Below, piece by piece: positions 1 through 9,634 of a DNA stretch of 64,000 bases (the first letter of the stretch is position 1; each line of letters opens with the position of its first letter). The notes beneath the pieces were generated by a model that saw nothing but the letters and a program-made list of their open reading frames with translations, ran no database searches and had not been told where the DNA came from. The DNA comes from an uncultured delta proteobacterium (GTDB taxonomy: Bacteria; Desulfobacterota; RBG-13-43-22), in NCBI GenBank assembly GCA_963711835.1, contig CAVQFQ010000005.1, positions 256,001 to 320,000 on the forward strand, read 5' to 3'. A program made the translations under genes and the position numbers.

Positions 1-422
1 TTTTTTACATTGGTTCCGAAAATCTGGATCATGGCCTGATCAATCTGGGTTTGGGTAACGATCCCTACTAAATGGCCCTTTTCATCGATTACCGGGAATC
101 CCCCGATGCCCTTTTCAGCTCCCAGTGCAATAGCATCAATGACCGTATCCTCCGGGGAAACCGTCAGGACGTTTTTCTTCATTAAGTCTTTGATCTTGAT
201 CTTCATGATCAGATAGTTCAACTCATGAATACTCAAAGAGGTCGCCGAAGAGGGAGCAGCCTCAATCAAATTACGAAAGGTAACCATGCCGACCAGTTTC
301 CCTTTATCCACTACGGGCAGATGGCGGATTTTATTTTCTCTCATGATCTTCTGAGCTTCTACGGCCAAGGTATCGGGCGTTACCGTGATCGGATCCTTGG
401 TCATCCAATTTTTTATCTTCAT
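1..422 (-). CDS. CBS-domain pair protein (AcuB-like), 3' end runs off the window
   Basis: Manual translation, absent from the ORF track: MKIKNWMTKDPITVTPDT...KIRHLPVVDKGKLVGMVT...SSATSLSIHELNYL...IGGFPVIDEKGHLVGIVT; GGAGG RBS upstream. Confidence 0.85.
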   Translation of the reverse strand, partial: MKIKNWMTKDPITVTPDTLAVEAQKIMRENKIRHLPVVDKGKLVGMVTFRNLIEAAPSSATSLSIHELNYLIMKIKIKDLMKKNVLTVSPEDTVIDAIALGAEKGIGGFPVIDEKGHLVGIVTQTQIDQAMIQIFGTNVK

Positions 423-597
423 AGATGCCTCCTGGTATTCTTAACCTTTCCGGTCAAGATTCATTAAAGGATTAGGTGGAAAACTCCCGGTGGATATTAT
501 TATGCCGGTTTTCGAAAAAATTAGCAAAATTGTTTCGTTAGGTCAACAGTAAAATAAAAAGACCTTTTGCGGGCCGGGCTTCTGGGGCAGGAAGGGT

Positions 598-1245
598 TCA
601 GGCCGAATAAAACCTCAGATCGGGCAATTCCAAACAGGTCAGTTTATTCCCGTAGACGGCCCCGGTATCGATGCCGATCCTCCGGTTCAGGATAAAAGGC
701 TGGGGAAAGGGGGTATGCCCGAAAATAATGGATTTTCCAAAATCAAATTTGGAATAAAAAAATTCTTCCCGAATCCAGATTAGATCAAAAAGATCTTGTT
801 TTTCCAATGGAATATGACTCCGCAAGCCGGCATGAACAAAGATGTACTCCTCGACCTCGTAATAGGGCTGCAGGGCGTTGAAAAAATCAAGGTGCTCCTG
901 GGGAAAAACAATCCGGGGATCCTTATGGGAGATTACGCGATGGCCCCCGGCATAACTGTCCAGGGTTTTCTGGCCGCCGTTATAGAGAAAAGGCTGGATA
1001 TTCCTGCCGGACAGGTAATCCAGGAACATATGCTCATGATTGCCTAAAAGAAAAACCGTTGATTTTATCTTCTTCTTCAATTCGACCAGGTAATCGACGA
1101 CCTCCTTGGATTGGTCGCCCCGGTCGATATAGTCCCCTATAAACAATAACACGTCCCGGTCCGAGTCGATCGGGATTTTGTCCATCAAGGTGATCAGTTT
1201 CTCCAGACAGCCATGAATATCCCCTATAGCGAAGATTCGATCCAT
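598..1245 (-). CDS. Metallophosphoesterase, Ser/Thr protein phosphatase (PPP/PrpA-like)
   Basis: GDIHG, GDYIDRG, GNHE, HAG, GHT and IDTG motifs. Confidence 0.9.
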   Translation of the reverse strand: MDRIFAIGDIHGCLEKLITLMDKIPIDSDRDVLLFIGDYIDRGDQSKEVVDYLVELKKKIKSTVFLLGNHEHMFLDYLSGRNIQPFLYNGGQKTLDSYAGGHRVISHKDPRIVFPQEHLDFFNALQPYYEVEEYIFVHAGLRSHIPLEKQDLFDLIWIREEFFYSKFDFGKSIIFGHTPFPQPFILNRRIGIDTGAVYGNKLTCLELPDLRFYSA

Positions 1246-1248
1246 TCT

Positions 1249-2229
1249 TTAATTCCACCTCATTATTTCCCGCCGGCTCTGCTGGTCCAATCGTTTAAGA
1301 CCGGCCTTTTCAGCCCAGGCCAGGGCTTGCCGGTATTCTTCGGGCAGCAGGCCTCGATTGATCAGGGGGTGCCTCAAGGCTTCTCCACAGGGGCGGTATT
1401 GATCCATGATATTGACATAGGTCTCCGGAGAAATCTCCCGGGCGATAAATTCCATAATTTCCCTGGTCCCGGCCAATTCCCGAGGCATGACCAGGTGGCG
1501 CAGCAGAATCCCTTTCCAGGCCAGCCCCTGGGCATTGATGGCCAAGTCCCCTACCTGACGGACCATCTCCTTAAGGGCCTCCCGGGCCCGGCCGGGATAA
1601 TCCGCTGCCTGGGTCATTTCTCCGGCGATCTTTTCATCCCAAAATTTAAAGTCCGGCATGTAGATATCCACAATCTGGTCCAACAACAACAGGGTTTCCT
1701 TCGACTCATAACCGCCGCAATTATAGACGATGGGCAGGCTTAAGCCTTTCGGGACGGCTATCAGCAGGGCCTTAAGTAACATGGGCACTACGTGGGTCGG
1801 AGTGACCCAGTTGATGTTGTGACAGCCGATCTGCTGCAACTGCAGCATCTTATCGGCCAGAAATTCCGGGCCGGCTTCCCGGCCTTCCCCTGAATGGCTT
1901 AGTTCATAATTCTGGCAAAAGAGGCAGCCTAAATTGCAATAAGCAAAAAACAGCGTCCCTGATCCGCCTCTTCCAACCAGGGGGGCTTCCTCCCCGAAAT
2001 GGGGGCCCCAACTGGAAACCCGGGCCTCCGGACCCGTATGACAAAACCCGGTTTCCCCTTGCAGACGATTCACCTTACAGGCCCGGGGGCAGAGACGGCA
2101 ACTGGACAAGATTTCCCAGGCCGCTTCGGCCTTTTCTTTCAGCATCCCGGACTGGAAGGCTTTGATATAAGACGGTTGATTCAATGCCTTATCCCTGGAA
2201 GGAACAGTCCAAAAGTTCGGCCCCGACAA
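1249..2229 (-). CDS. Radical SAM protein, PflX-like
   Basis: CNLGCLFCQN (CxxxCxxC), N-terminal CRLCPRAC, HFGEE, GCHNINWVTPTH, YMPDFK. Confidence 0.85.
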   Translation of the reverse strand: MSGPNFWTVPSRDKALNQPSYIKAFQSGMLKEKAEAAWEILSSCRLCPRACKVNRLQGETGFCHTGPEARVSSWGPHFGEEAPLVGRGGSGTLFFAYCNLGCLFCQNYELSHSGEGREAGPEFLADKMLQLQQIGCHNINWVTPTHVVPMLLKALLIAVPKGLSLPIVYNCGGYESKETLLLLDQIVDIYMPDFKFWDEKIAGEMTQAADYPGRAREALKEMVRQVGDLAINAQGLAWKGILLRHLVMPRELAGTREIMEFIAREISPETYVNIMDQYRPCGEALRHPLINRGLLPEEYRQALAWAEKAGLKRLDQQSRREIMRWN

Positions 2230-2429
2230 ACGTAGCTCCCTTTTAGCATATCTTCTTGCGGAGGGGAAGCAGAAAGGTCATTTTACATATCTTATTCAGG
2301 AGTTAATCGGCATCGGGCAAGCCTTTTTGATTGATTTTTTCCCTAACCTATACTATTTCTTTAATCGTGTACCTTCCTGAAAAGAAGGAAAGATTAGTTA
2401 GGAAGCGGCACAGGTTTGGAGGTTGATGC

Positions 2430-3563
2430 ATGGGGAAAAAAGCAATCCGGGTCGCTATCTGCGGGGTTGGAAATTGTGCCAGCGCTTTGATCCAGGGCAT
2501 AGAATATTATCGCCATAACCCCTCCCAAAGGGACGGGTTAATGCATCAAAACCTCGGCGGCTATCGGCCGGAGGATATCCGCATGGTCGCGGCCTTTGAC
2601 ATCGATCGCCGAAAGGTGGGCCGCCCCCTTCAGGAGGCTGTCCTGGCTCCTCCCAACTGTGTGGTGCCTATTTGGACTTCCCTTCCCGATTATGGGGTCA
2701 CGGTTCAGATGGGACCTGTCCTGGACGGGGTAGCGCCTCACATGCGGGAATTTCCTCCGGAACGGACCTTCCTGCCTTCCTCGGAGCAGCCGGTCCCGGT
2801 GGAACAGGTCCTGAAAAAGGAAAAAGTCGAGATCCTGCTTAATTACCTGCCGGTGGGATCGGCTCAAGCGGTGCGTTATTATACCGAATGCTGCCTTAAG
2901 ACCGGGGTCAGTTTAGTCAATTGTATGCCGGAGTTTATCGCTTCCGATCCGGTTTGGGCCCGGCGGTTCAAACAACGAGGCATCCCCCTGATCGGGGACG
3001 ATATTAAATCCCAAATCGGGGCGACCATTATCCACCGGATACTCACCCGTCTCTTCGAAGATAGAGGGGTCCGTATTCAAAGGACCTACCAACTTAATAC
3101 CGGCGGCAATACTGATTTCCTGAACATGTTGGACCGAAGCCGGTTAAAAACTAAAAAAATTTCCAAGACCGAAGCCGTCCAGTCCCAATTAAAAGAGCCT
3201 CTATCCGATGAAAATATCCATATCGGACCGGCTGATTATGTCCCCTGGCAGCGGGACAATAAAATCTGCTTCCTTCGTCTTGAGGCGACCAATTTCTGCG
3301 GGGTCCCCCTGGAATTCGAGGCCCGGCTGTCCGTCCAGGACTCACCCAACAGCGCCGGGGTGGCCATCGATGCCATCCGCTATTGCCGGGTGGCCCGGGA
3401 TCGGGGAGAGGCCGGTGTCCTCCTGCCCGCCTCGGCCTACCTGATGAAACACCCTCCGGTCCAGATGGAAGAAGGGAAAGCCCGGCGTCAAATGGAAGCC
3501 TATCTGGCCCGAAAACAGGCCAAGCCGAGAGCCGTCCCCCGAACCTCAATTAAACCGACCTAA
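2430..3563 (+). CDS. ino1: myo-inositol-1(3)-phosphate synthase
   Basis: GVGNCAS, NYLPVGS, GDDIKSQIGAT, YQLNTGGNTDFLNM, DSPNSAG motifs. Confidence 0.95.
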   Translation: MGKKAIRVAICGVGNCASALIQGIEYYRHNPSQRDGLMHQNLGGYRPEDIRMVAAFDIDRRKVGRPLQEAVLAPPNCVVPIWTSLPDYGVTVQMGPVLDGVAPHMREFPPERTFLPSSEQPVPVEQVLKKEKVEILLNYLPVGSAQAVRYYTECCLKTGVSLVNCMPEFIASDPVWARRFKQRGIPLIGDDIKSQIGATIIHRILTRLFEDRGVRIQRTYQLNTGGNTDFLNMLDRSRLKTKKISKTEAVQSQLKEPLSDENIHIGPADYVPWQRDNKICFLRLEATNFCGVPLEFEARLSVQDSPNSAGVAIDAIRYCRVARDRGEAGVLLPASAYLMKHPPVQMEEGKARRQMEAYLARKQAKPRAVPRTSIKPT

Positions 3564-3601
3564 GGTAATCTCCAGGGATGCCTGGATAAGGAAATCCGCT
3601 C

Positions 3602-4237
3602 TTGCTTCGAGAAAGTAAGTTAGGGAACCGCTATCTGAAATGGATCGAAGAAGTCCCGGTCCCTTTCTTCTCTCGTCTGACTCTTAAACCCAATCATCTT
3701 ACGGGACTGGCCTTTCTTTTCGCTTTTCTGACCCTGCCGGCCTTCAGCTATTCCCTTTGGCTGGGGGGAATGGGGATCCTTCTATCCGGCGCTTTGGACA
3801 CCCTGGACGGCAGTCTGGCCCGCCGATCCAATCAACCTACCCGGGCCGGGGCCTTTCTCGATTCGGTTCTGGACCGCTATAGTGACTTTTTCGCCCTTTT
3901 CGGAATCTGGCTCTATTTCCTGATCCACTCCCCGGGCCATCTGATCCTGATAACGGGAATCCTTTTTTTCTGTCTCTTGGGGTCGTTCATGGTCAGCTAC
4001 ACCAGGGCCCGGGGTGAAGGCCTGGGATTGTCCGTAACGGAGGGTTTTTGGGGTCGGGCGGAAAGGGTGGTCGCCTTGGGGACCGGGTGCCTGCTGAGCG
4101 ACCTTTTCAAGGTTGCCTTCCCCGGCCGGACCTGGGCCGCCGATCATTATTTTATGATCGTCCTTTTGATCCTGATCACCTTGGGCACCCACCTCACGGC
4201 CCTGCGGCGGGTGCGCTATCTGATAAAGCATCTTTAA
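3602..4237 (+). CDS. CDP-alcohol phosphotransferase, phosphatidylinositol-phosphate synthase-like
   Basis: DTLDGSLAR...GAFLDSVLDRYSD signature and SYTRARGEGLG; directly downstream of ino1. Confidence 0.85.
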   Translation: MLRESKLGNRYLKWIEEVPVPFFSRLTLKPNHLTGLAFLFAFLTLPAFSYSLWLGGMGILLSGALDTLDGSLARRSNQPTRAGAFLDSVLDRYSDFFALFGIWLYFLIHSPGHLILITGILFFCLLGSFMVSYTRARGEGLGLSVTEGFWGRAERVVALGTGCLLSDLFKVAFPGRTWAADHYFMIVLLILITLGTHLTALRRVRYLIKHL

Positions 4238-4336
4238 AAACTATTCCTCTAATTGTTAGCCTACGGGTCGATTCCCTCGATCTGAATCATAGGGCCTGAG
4301 ATATTAACAGCCCCAATATAAAAGTGACGTTACCCA

Positions 4337-4589
4337 GACAGGAGGGGCTGTTTTTTCTGAAGTCATTGACGAGAGGGAGCCGTCTTTTGTTCGCGTCCAA
4401 GACAACGCTTACACCCACCCCTCCGGGGCGGGACCCGGTTTCCGGACTTATCCATGGGGGAAACCGCAGCTCGCCCGCTGATTTTTAGCGGGGGAGAATG
4501 CGGAGGGGGTAAGGGATCCTCCATGGATAAGTTCGAAGAAAAGACCAGCCCGGAAGGCACAGACGGAAGAAAATGCAGCCCCTCCTGTC
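4337..4589 (+). ncRNA. Candidate structured non-coding RNA or MITE-like element
   Basis: Nested inverted repeats 4337-4350/4576-4589, 4382-4393/4534-4545 and 4446-4461/4517-4532 plus an inner hairpin; several mismatches are G-U compatible on the + strand. Confidence 0.45.
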
Positions 4590-4634
4590 AGTCAGTTACA
4601 ATAATGAGACTATTATTTCTTGGCCGATCAAAAA

Positions 4635-5411
4635 TTACCTGCGGTAGGGCGGCGGGTAAGGGGCATAACCGCGATCCCGGCCTTCGGGCCAAAACCGATT
4701 CCGAGGCTGCCGGCAGTCGATAATCCCATTACGACAAAGGGTTTCACGCCATTCGTATTTCAGGAAATGCTGCTCAACCGCAACATCCTCGGCTTCGAAA
4801 TCCACCCGAACTGAAGGCGAGTATTTTCCTTCCCCAAAACCGGTTCCCGGCTCTTCCCTGGCCTGCATCTTAGGCGAAGGGGCGCTCCTTCTCAACCCTT
4901 CCTGATCCTTGGTCTCCCCTCTCCTCTCATAGATGGGTTCGGGAGGCCTTTTCTCGGGGAAGACGGCTATGGCAATGACCCCCATGGCCGAATGATCGCC
5001 CCAGGCGCCGGCATAAGAATCAGGGGCGGAGGTGAAATAAAAACGATTGACCTGATTTTGGGACGTCCGCCAGCCGTCATAAACCGCCGAGGCATAAGGA
5101 TCCAAAATGTACATGCGCTCATTCCTCTTGAGAAAGGATTTCTTCCCCGAAATAATATTGCGGCCGTCCACGGCGATCACCAATCCGATCCTTAAATCGC
5201 TGTTGTTTCGGACCCTGATCCCATAGCGTTCCCCTTTAACCGCTTCCACATAAGCCCGGTAGGTATGGGGTCTTTCAGGCGAAGTCCCATAAATCGGAAG
5301 ACGATATTGGTTGTTGCCCAACAGCTCCACTTCCAACAGCGCCCCCTGGGAAAAGGCGGGGGAAGCGACCCCCAGTACCACCAGCAAAAGCAAAAAATTG
5401 AATCGTTTCAT
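4635..5411 (-). CDS. Secreted hypothetical protein
   Basis: Sec signal peptide; core GERYGIRVRN...AVDGRNIISG...DGWRTS...RFYFT...MGVIAIAVFPE...GTGFGE looks like a conserved family of unknown function. Confidence 0.8.
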   Translation of the reverse strand: MKRFNFLLLLVVLGVASPAFSQGALLEVELLGNNQYRLPIYGTSPERPHTYRAYVEAVKGERYGIRVRNNSDLRIGLVIAVDGRNIISGKKSFLKRNERMYILDPYASAVYDGWRTSQNQVNRFYFTSAPDSYAGAWGDHSAMGVIAIAVFPEKRPPEPIYERRGETKDQEGLRRSAPSPKMQAREEPGTGFGEGKYSPSVRVDFEAEDVAVEQHFLKYEWRETLCRNGIIDCRQPRNRFWPEGRDRGYAPYPPPYRR

Positions 5412-5532
5412 CGGCGACCACCTCTCTTACTACATATATTCCTGCTTTACCGTTTATCGGTAGTTTGCTAAGTTTAGACTTGTATAGCGTAATTTTGGTT
5501 AAATTTAAAACTGCTTTCATTGCCTTCCGGCT

Positions 5533-7473
5533 TTGCAAGAAGACGATCCAAATCAGACGGTGGAAAAATATTCCCAGCCTATTTTAGCCTTAATCCTTCT
5601 GGCCGGGGCCTTGCTGACGGGCGCTTACCTTTTTCAGCTTCATCAGACCCCCTTTGCCGACCTCCTGATGGTGGATGCCAAGACCTATCACCTTAAGGCC
5701 CTGACGATCCTCCAGGAAGGCTGGATAGGCAAGAACGTTTCCTACCAGGCCCCTCTATACCCCTATTTCCTGGCCGTTATCTATACCCTGTTCGGGGTTA
5801 ATTGGTTAGGGGTTCAAATTCTTCAGGCCGCCCTGTTTCTATTGACCATCCTGATTCTCTACCGCCTGGGATCCGACCTTTTTGATACCAAAGTCGGCCT
5901 CCTGTGTGCGGCCCTGATGGCGTTTTATGGGGTGGTAATCTATTACACCGGTCTGCTCCTGAAAACCACTCTCTCGGTTTTTTTTACCGGTTTATTTCTT
6001 TTGACTCTTCTCAAGGCCGAAAAGTTCCGCAGCAGATTATTTTTTTTCCTGGGGGGGCTGCTCCTTGGCCTCCTTATGACCCTTCGGGAAAACATGGCCC
6101 TGGTCCTGCCGGCTATTTTGGTCTGGATCATATTCCTTTCACGACCGGATCTTAAGAGGCACTACCGGTCAAGAATCATGGCGGCCGTTCTATTTCTCTG
6201 CGGCCTTCTGCTCTTTCTCTCCCCTTTTATTCTTAGAAATTATATTCATTCCGGCGAGCTTATCATCACCAGCTACCAGGGCGGGGCCAATTTTTATCTT
6301 GGGAATAACCCCTCCTCCAGAGGTTTCTATACCCGCCTGCCCTTTGTCAGGGCCAATCCGGAATGGGAGGAAAAGGATTTTAAAGCCGAGGCCGAAAAAA
6401 GAACCGGCCGGCCTCTCTCTCCCAGCCAGGTATCCCGGTTCTGGTTTCGGCAGGCCTGGGGACATTTCCAGGAAGATCCTTTTCTGTTTCCCAAGCTCTT
6501 TCTGCTCAAGATTTACATCCTCTTCAACAATTACGAAGTCCCGGACAACTATGATTTCGCCTTTATGAAGAGCCTCACCCCTTCCCTAAAGGGGGGTTTT
6601 ATCTCGTATGGCCTGATCCTGCCCTTGGCTTTGATGGGCCTTTTTCTCTCCCGCAAAAAATCGTCTTCATTCCTCCTCTTATATATTTTCTTAATCGGCT
6701 ATGCCCTTTCGGTCATCCTTTTTTATGTAAATTCCCGCTACCGGATGCCGCTGGTCCCGGCCCTAATCCCCTTTGCCGCCTATACCCTGATGGAAGGCCG
6801 GGCAAAATGGCGGGTCTGGAAGGGAAAGGAAAAAATGCTGGCCCTGCTGGTGTTCCTTTTCTTAAACCTCCTGACTTTCAGTCCCACCATCGGAAATTCT
6901 GATTTTTCCTTTCCCCATTTCAAGCTCGGCCTTGAATATGAAAAAAAAGGGCTTTGGGATCAGGCCCTCTTGGAATTTCGCCGGGCCCTGGCCCTACAGC
7001 CGGAATTCCCCTGGGCCAACCATGGCCTGGGGAGGGTCTTGGAAAGAAAAGGGGAAATCGATTCGGCTGTCCTGGAATATCAAAAGGCCCTGCAAAACAA
7101 TCCCGATTATTGGGAAGCTCGGGTTAATCTGGCCATTGCCCTGGGAAAGAAAGGCCGGATCGAGGACGCTCTGGCGGAATACCGGAAGATCCTGACCCTA
7201 AAACCCGATCTCCCGGAAGCCCATAATAATCTGGGCGCTTTATACGAGCAAAAAGGATGGCTCGAACCGGCGGCCCAGGCCTATAAAAAAGCCATCCAAC
7301 TGCGCCCCGGCTTTGTCGAGGCCCATAATAATCTGGGGGTCTTTTATCTTAAGCAGGGCCGTCTTCAGCAAGCCGAGTATGAATTCAAGCTGGCCTTAAA
7401 ACTCTACCCCAACCACCCCATCGTCCAAGCCAACCTGGAGAAGCTGAAGGTCATGCCGAAAAGCCGTCCTTAG
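5533..7473 (+). CDS. GT-C membrane glycosyltransferase (ArnT/PMT-like) with C-terminal TPR repeats
   Basis: Multi-TM N-terminus with YQAPLYPYFLA and SRYRMP; about 5 TPRs (EAHNNLG repeats). Confidence 0.85.
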   Translation: MQEDDPNQTVEKYSQPILALILLAGALLTGAYLFQLHQTPFADLLMVDAKTYHLKALTILQEGWIGKNVSYQAPLYPYFLAVIYTLFGVNWLGVQILQAALFLLTILILYRLGSDLFDTKVGLLCAALMAFYGVVIYYTGLLLKTTLSVFFTGLFLLTLLKAEKFRSRLFFFLGGLLLGLLMTLRENMALVLPAILVWIIFLSRPDLKRHYRSRIMAAVLFLCGLLLFLSPFILRNYIHSGELIITSYQGGANFYLGNNPSSRGFYTRLPFVRANPEWEEKDFKAEAEKRTGRPLSPSQVSRFWFRQAWGHFQEDPFLFPKLFLLKIYILFNNYEVPDNYDFAFMKSLTPSLKGGFISYGLILPLALMGLFLSRKKSSSFLLLYIFLIGYALSVILFYVNSRYRMPLVPALIPFAAYTLMEGRAKWRVWKGKEKMLALLVFLFLNLLTFSPTIGNSDFSFPHFKLGLEYEKKGLWDQALLEFRRALALQPEFPWANHGLGRVLERKGEIDSAVLEYQKALQNNPDYWEARVNLAIALGKKGRIEDALAEYRKILTLKPDLPEAHNNLGALYEQKGWLEPAAQAYKKAIQLRPGFVEAHNNLGVFYLKQGRLQQAEYEFKLALKLYPNHPIVQANLEKLKVMPKSRP

Positions 7474-7496
7474 GGGCCAACAGGGAGTCGGCCCCC

Positions 7497-8603
7497 TTAA
7501 AGCCCCAAAGGCTGCATGAATTCTTTTTCAAAGACCTTGGACAGACGGTCGGCGTTGGAAGGGCTGAGGTCGGCGAATATCTCCCGGATCCGCCGGCCCT
7601 GCTGAACGAACCGCTGCCTGGCCTTTTCCCGAACCTCCTCAATGGCCGGCCAGTTTTCGTCTTCCCTGAATTGCCTTACCGCCGGAATGATATCCGGGAA
7701 GAGGGCCTTGGCCATCCCTTTGAGATTGGAAAGGTAAAAAGCCAGTGATCCTTTCCGCTCTTCCCCAATGATAAAAGGGAGGGTGCCGGCAGGGTGGGTA
7801 TCGGCCAGGAGATCCTTCAGACTGCGCAGGTAAATCTCAATCCTGGTCTGCGGATAGGTTGACAGGATCCGGCGCCAGATCCCTTGAGGAAGGGTCCGGT
7901 CTTTGGCCTCCCCTAATTCATGGTAAAGAAAGGCCGGCATTTCCCTTTGGACCAGGCCTTCCAATTGCTTCCCTGGAGGGCCGCCCCAATCCCAGCCATA
8001 ATAAGAGAGGGCCAGGGCCGTAGCCTGCCGTTCAAACTGCTCCGTTTCCTGAATCTTCCCCCACAAAAAGAACCGCAAAGGCTCCAGCCGGATGACAATG
8101 GTCTTCCCCTGCCTCAAGGCCGGCATTAGAAAAAGATCGCAGGCATATTCCCGATCCAGGACAATAACCTGAAAGCCCTGGATGGAAAAGCGTTTTTGAA
8201 CCCGGCCCAGGAAAAAGGCCGGCTTCAATCCCCTTCCGAAACCGGCGCCATAAAACAACCCTAAAGGCAGGAGGCGCTGGTTGATTTTGTGGCTGTTCAA
8301 TATATCAAAAGGCTTTTTATCAATCCGCAGGGAGTGGAAAGGGGCTTCCAGGGATTGCCCCCAAAGGGCCTCCTTCTGTTCGATCCAGGCCAGCAACTGC
8401 TCCTTGGAGATGGCGCTCCAGGGGGCCAGCCCCTGTTCCCAGAGATAAAGATCCTTCAGCCGCAGAAACAAACCGCATAAGGAATACAAACCGCTATGAA
8501 CGGCATCCGAGATAAGGCAGTTGGCCCGGATGGCCGGCAGGATTTCCCTGAGAACCTTTCTGCGGGCGGAAGAACGCGTCTTGCTTCGGTCAGCGGCATT
8601 CAT
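7497..8603 (-). CDS. Conserved hypothetical protein (Sfum_1244-like)
   Basis: NCLISDA, SLCGLFLRLKDLYLWE, YGAGFGRGLKPAFFL, HELGE, DLLADT; family assignment from recall. Confidence 0.7.
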   Translation of the reverse strand: MNAADRSKTRSSARRKVLREILPAIRANCLISDAVHSGLYSLCGLFLRLKDLYLWEQGLAPWSAISKEQLLAWIEQKEALWGQSLEAPFHSLRIDKKPFDILNSHKINQRLLPLGLFYGAGFGRGLKPAFFLGRVQKRFSIQGFQVIVLDREYACDLFLMPALRQGKTIVIRLEPLRFFLWGKIQETEQFERQATALALSYYGWDWGGPPGKQLEGLVQREMPAFLYHELGEAKDRTLPQGIWRRILSTYPQTRIEIYLRSLKDLLADTHPAGTLPFIIGEERKGSLAFYLSNLKGMAKALFPDIIPAVRQFREDENWPAIEEVREKARQRFVQQGRRIREIFADLSPSNADRLSKVFEKEFMQPLGL

Positions 8604-8677
8604 AAACTATAAATCCCTTGACGTGTTTAATAAAATATATTTTAGTGGCTTTAGCTCGATTCTTCAAGGGGAACTGT

Positions 8678-9634
8678 GTGATCAAAAATTACAGGCTTCT
8701 TTTCAGCCTCTTCTTTTGCTGTTTGGGTCTATTAGGCCCTGAGTTGCCTCCGGCCGAGGCCTCTCCAAAAGAACTGCGGCTGGTCTGCACCATCCTGCCG
8801 GTTTATTGTTTTACACTTAATATCGTAGGGCAGACCCCGGGAGTCAAGGTAGAACTGCTCCTGCCCCCGACGCAAGGCTGTCCCCATGATTATGACCTGA
8901 CTCCCGGTGACCTGATCAGGCTTTCCCGGGCCGACCTGATCATAGCCAACGGATTGGGAATGGAGGAATTCCTGGACAAACCTTTGCGCCTTGCCAATCC
9001 TCAGGCCAAACTGATCCTGGCCGCGGCCGGGGTGCCTCCTATTTCAGGCCCTCATCCGGAGCAGCCCAAATCCCTGCCTAAGCCCCGGGCGCATTCGGAG
9101 CATTCCCATCCCCAGGCCTTAAACGGCCATGCCTGGACCAGCCCCCTGGCCGCTCTGACCATGGTGGAAACCATCGCCCGGGGATTAGCTCACAACGATC
9201 CCGGCCGAGCGGCCTTTTACCTTGAAAATGCCAAGGGCTATTCTTTGCGGCTGCTGGCTCTCTTCGAGGAAATGAAAGGGATCACGGCGGCTTCCAGGAA
9301 CAACCGGGTGGTCACTTTTCATGATGGGTTCGACTATCTGGCCCGTGATATCGGTCTGGAGGTAGTGGGGGTTATTCAATCCCGGTTGGGCGCAGAACCT
9401 TCGCCCAGGGACCTGGCTCGCTTGATCAACCGGGTTAAGATCCGCCGGCCGGCTGCCATTTTCTCCGAACCCCAATACTCGGATCGGATGGCCCGGACCC
9501 TGTCCCGGGAAACCGGCGTTCCGGTCTATATGCTCGACCCGGTGGCTACCGGCCAACCGAATGCCCAAACCTATGAAAAGGCCCAGACGCGGAATATCAG
9601 CGTCTTGCGTCAGGCCCTGAAAGGTTCCTTATGA
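8678..9634 (+). CDS. znuA: Zn/Mn ABC transporter substrate-binding protein (ZnuA-like)
   Basis: PHDYDL, His-rich loop, HAWTSP, FHDGFDY; GTG start chosen. Confidence 0.85.
   Translation: MIKNYRLLFSLFFCCLGLLGPELPPAEASPKELRLVCTILPVYCFTLNIVGQTPGVKVELLLPPTQGCPHDYDLTPGDLIRLSRADLIIANGLGMEEFLDKPLRLANPQAKLILAAAGVPPISGPHPEQPKSLPKPRAHSEHSHPQALNGHAWTSPLAALTMVETIARGLAHNDPGRAAFYLENAKGYSLRLLALFEEMKGITAASRNNRVVTFHDGFDYLARDIGLEVVGVIQSRLGAEPSPRDLARLINRVKIRRPAAIFSEPQYSDRMARTLSRETGVPVYMLDPVATGQPNAQTYEKAQTRNISVLRQALKGSL

Noticed and set aside
4363-4723. Short ORFs 4363..4560, 4454..4723 and similar shadow ORFs throughout (e.g. 24961..25767, 26843..27598)
   Set aside because: They overlap structured repeats or lie antisense/out of frame to confident genes, with no recognisable motifs
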